Part shown: positions 58,412 through 63,912 of the stretch, in pieces
How positions within the stretch are numbered: the stretch's first letter is position 1
Layout of the letters: every line of letters begins with the position of its first letter
Assembly (NCBI GenBank): GCA_038245905.1
Contig: JBBRRY010000022.1
Location: forward strand, 1 to 63,912
Direction of reading: 5' to 3'
DNA: 63,912 nucleotides
Origin: Thermoanaerobaculia bacterium
Lineage (GTDB): Bacteria > Acidobacteriota > Thermoanaerobaculia > UBA5066
The notes under the pieces: model-generated
What the model was told of the DNA's origin: nothing
Databases searched by the model: none
What the model saw: the letters and a program-made list of their open reading frames with translations, nothing else
Program-made: the position numbers and the translations under genes

Positions 58412-60621
58412 AGGGGGCCCGACCCATGGGCGCGCGCTCGAGGACGGCGACGGCCTCGTTTGTCCTCGCGCTCACCGCGTGTACGCCCGCGGGCGGAGTT
58501 CCGGCCACCCCCCCCGCTTCGCCACCCGCTCCGGCGCCGACTGCTGCGCCGACCCCGCGTGTCGTCCCGGCCTCCGAGGAGAGAGCGACCCCGCACGCGG
58601 ACCTCGCGGAGATCGCAGCGTCGGAGCATGCCCTCCGCATCCTCGTCCGAAGGACCGACATCGGCGCTCTTCCGCGTGAGGGCTCCGCGCTCGAGCAGAA
58701 CCGGGTCCTCCTCGAACTCCTCGCGACGAGGCTGGGGCTGCCTGTGCGCTGGGTCGTCGTCCCGGCGTCCCAGCGGCTCGTGGACGCGCTCGTCGAAGGG
58801 CGCGGGGACCTGATCGGCGCGCGGCACGTCGAGGGTCCGGCGCCCGCGGAGGTCGCCTACTCGGCCGCGCTCCGCCTCGTGAACGAAGTCGTCGTCTGCC
58901 GGACGACCGACCGCACCTGCCCCGCGAGCGCCGCCAAAGCCGCGAAAAGGACGGTCGCGCTCCCGATCCGCGACGCCGCGCCCGGAACCCGGCTCAAACG
59001 CTGGAAGACGACGGCCCCGGGAGTCCCCGCCGTCGAGGCGCCCCGGAACGTCGACCCGCTCGATCTGCTCCAGCGTGTGGGCTCGGGCGAAATCGATCTG
59101 GCCGCCGCTTACGGCGACGAGGTCGAAACGTACCTCTCCTATCGCAAGGACGTGCAGATCGGGTTCATCGCGCGGAACCGGGTCCCGGTCTCGTGGACGG
59201 TGCGCGCCGACGCGCACGGTCTCCTCGAGGCGGCGAACGGCCTCATCTATTCCCGTGCCCTGTCGGCGCACCTTGGGGAACCCTACGCCGCCGACGTCGG
59301 CGAGATTCTCGAGCGGCAGGTCCTGCGCGTCGCCATGCTCAACAACGGCGCTTCGTACTTCCTGTACCGCGGCCAGGAGGCGGGCTTTCAGTACGATCTC
59401 GCGCAGCTTCTCGCCCGGAAGCTCGGAGTGCGGCTCGCCGTCATCGTCCCTGAGAGGCCCGAGGATATGTCGCGACTGCTCCTGGAGAACCGGGTCGATC
59501 TCGTCCCGCTCTCCCCCGGAGAGTCGGGCGCGGCGTCCCCTGGCGTCACCCTGTCGAATCCCGTCCTCTATGCCGACTACACCCTCGTCCAGCCCGCGGG
59601 AGAAGCGCCCGTCACCTCGGCCGCTGGCCTCTCGGGGCGCGCGGTGGAGGTGCGCGCATCGAGCGCGTATCGGCCCGTCCTCGAAGGGCTCCGGAGAAGC
59701 GTGTCCGGATTGAAGATCGTAGCTGCGCCCGAGAACCTCGAAACGTCCGATCTCATCGATCTCGTGGGAAAGCGCCGGATCTCCGCGACTGTTTCGAACT
59801 CGCTCCTCCTGGGCGTCGAGCGCCGTTACCGGCGAGACGTTCAGGGCACGCTCGTTCTCGCCCACCGCCAGCCCCTCGTCTACGCGGCGCGCTCTTCGTC
59901 CGAGCGTCTCCTCGCGTTCGTGAACGACTCGATTTCCTCCGACGCCGGCGCGACCGCAATCTCGGCACTCTCCGAAAAGCACTTCGGGAGCTCGCGGCAC
60001 GCGCCCTCACGCGCGGCGTCGCCCGCGACGGGGAGACGCCTGTCTCCCTTCGACGATCTCATCCGCGCGTCGGCGCGCCGCTTCGGGCTCGACTGGCGCC
60101 TCGTGGCGGCCCAGATGTTTCACGAGTCTCGGTTCGACCCCGAAGCCCGAAGCTGGGTCGGCGCCGTGGGCCTTCTCCAGGTCATGCCTCGAACCGGAGC
60201 CGAGCTCGGATTCTCTAAACTCGAGGACCCCGAGGAGAACATCCAGGCCGGAACGAAATACATCGCGCAGCTGCTCGAGCGCTTCGAGTCCGATCTCCCT
60301 GTTCAGCAGCGCGTGCGCTTTGCGCTCGCGGCATACAACGCGGGCCTCGACCACGTACTGGACGCGCGTCTCCTCGCGAAGCAGAACGGGTGGGATCCGA
60401 ATCGATGGTTCCGGAACGTCGAGAAGGCAATGCTCCTCCTCGAAAAGGCGCGCTGGTACCGGACGGTCCGGCGCGGCTACTGCCGGGGTTCCGAGCCCGT
60501 CGCGTATGTGAGCCGCATCCAGACGACCTATGACGCCTACGCGCGCCTGATTCCGGCGGGCAAGAGGGCACCGGCGCCCGAGCCCTCACCCACGAAGGAC
60601 AAGTCGAAACGGGGGTACTAA
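58408..60621 (+). CDS. mltF: MltF-like lytic transglycosylase (two solute-binding modules plus SLT domain), lipoprotein
   Basis: LALTAC lipobox; LRVAM..N..SYFLYRG...GFQYDL; HESRF, GAVGLLQV, AAYNAG and RGYCRG.EPV.YV. Confidence 0.85.
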   Translation: MKGARPMGARSRTATASFVLALTACTPAGGVPATPPASPPAPAPTAAPTPRVVPASEERATPHADLAEIAASEHALRILVRRTDIGALPREGSALEQNRVLLELLATRLGLPVRWVVVPASQRLVDALVEGRGDLIGARHVEGPAPAEVAYSAALRLVNEVVVCRTTDRTCPASAAKAAKRTVALPIRDAAPGTRLKRWKTTAPGVPAVEAPRNVDPLDLLQRVGSGEIDLAAAYGDEVETYLSYRKDVQIGFIARNRVPVSWTVRADAHGLLEAANGLIYSRALSAHLGEPYAADVGEILERQVLRVAMLNNGASYFLYRGQEAGFQYDLAQLLARKLGVRLAVIVPERPEDMSRLLLENRVDLVPLSPGESGAASPGVTLSNPVLYADYTLVQPAGEAPVTSAAGLSGRAVEVRASSAYRPVLEGLRRSVSGLKIVAAPENLETSDLIDLVGKRRISATVSNSLLLGVERRYRRDVQGTLVLAHRQPLVYAARSSSERLLAFVNDSISSDAGATAISALSEKHFGSSRHAPSRAASPATGRRLSPFDDLIRASARRFGLDWRLVAAQMFHESRFDPEARSWVGAVGLLQVMPRTGAELGFSKLEDPEENIQAGTKYIAQLLERFESDLPVQQRVRFALAAYNAGLDHVLDARLLAKQNGWDPNRWFRNVEKAMLLLEKARWYRTVRRGYCRGSEPVAYVSRIQTTYDAYARLIPAGKRAPAPEPSPTKDKSKRGY

Positions 60622-60629
60622 GGCGGACA

Positions 60630-60668
60630 GAAAAGACAAGGGCCCGAACCTTTTGGGTCCGGGCCCTT
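60630..60668. terminator. Terminator hairpin between mltF and the rRNA operon
   Basis: AAGGGCCCG...CGGGCCCTT stem; GTCTTTTC follows on the minus strand. Confidence 0.75.
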
Positions 60669-60675
60669 CAAATTT

Positions 60676-60792
60676 CCCGGCAGCGTCCTACTCTCCCACA
60701 CAGTTTCCCGTGCAGTACCATCGGCTCCGAGGGGCTTAACGGCCGTGTTCGGAATGGGAACGGGTGGAGCCCCCTCGATAAGGCCACCGGAA
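60676..60792 (-). rRNA. rrf: 5S ribosomal RNA
   Basis: The reverse complement contains CCCGTTCCCATTCCGAACACGG, CCGATGGTACTG and GGGAGAGTAGG; about 117 nt. Confidence 0.96.
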
Positions 60793-60891
60793 ACTCTATT
60801 TCAATTTCATCGCGAGCTTCCGTGCAGAACCGGGTGATCAGCGCATTTCGTTCGCGCGAACGTCTTCGACGACTCGCACCTGGAGAATTTT

Positions 60892-63887
<2,996 letters not shown>

Positions 63888-63912
63888 AAAATACTTCAGG
63901 CGCGAATCGTAC

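Overview
High-GC bacterial chromosome segment. The gene content (GWxTD and VWFA proteins, Oar-type TonB receptor, kinase-TPR, DUF4388) suggests Acidobacteriota, possibly Thermoanaerobaculia; this is inference. It is mostly housekeeping: a DegT aminotransferase, an aldehyde dehydrogenase, an APC permease, convergent rhlB-like helicase and rho genes, nth-tdk, a methylmalonyl-CoA mutase large subunit, argS, an ECF sigma/anti-sigma pair and gmd. It also holds an envelope cluster (VWFA, two GWxTD proteins, TonB receptor, sulfatase-TPR), an 11-gene nuo operon without nuoEFG that runs directly into atpZ-I-B-E, a MidA/NDUFAF7 methyltransferase, an MltF-like gene and the 23S-5S end of an rRNA operon. 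Best leads: (1) a Thoeris-like locus with a membrane-anchored TIR gene, a SLOG-SLATT gene and a divergent paralog whose SLOG domain has degenerated; (2) an AT-rich motif, GAAGATTTCTTTGAAGGTGAA, repeated inside unrelated genes in both orientations and different frames; (3) a Rho that has lost its canonical RNA-binding motifs and carries a poly-Arg tail; (4) the nuo-atp(F0) superoperon; (5) a probable ATA start codon; (6) widespread leaderless-type promoters; (7) a structured intergenic rod between tdk and the mutase gene. No CRISPR array, tRNA or transposase was seen. All family calls come from reading motifs by eye, without database searches.
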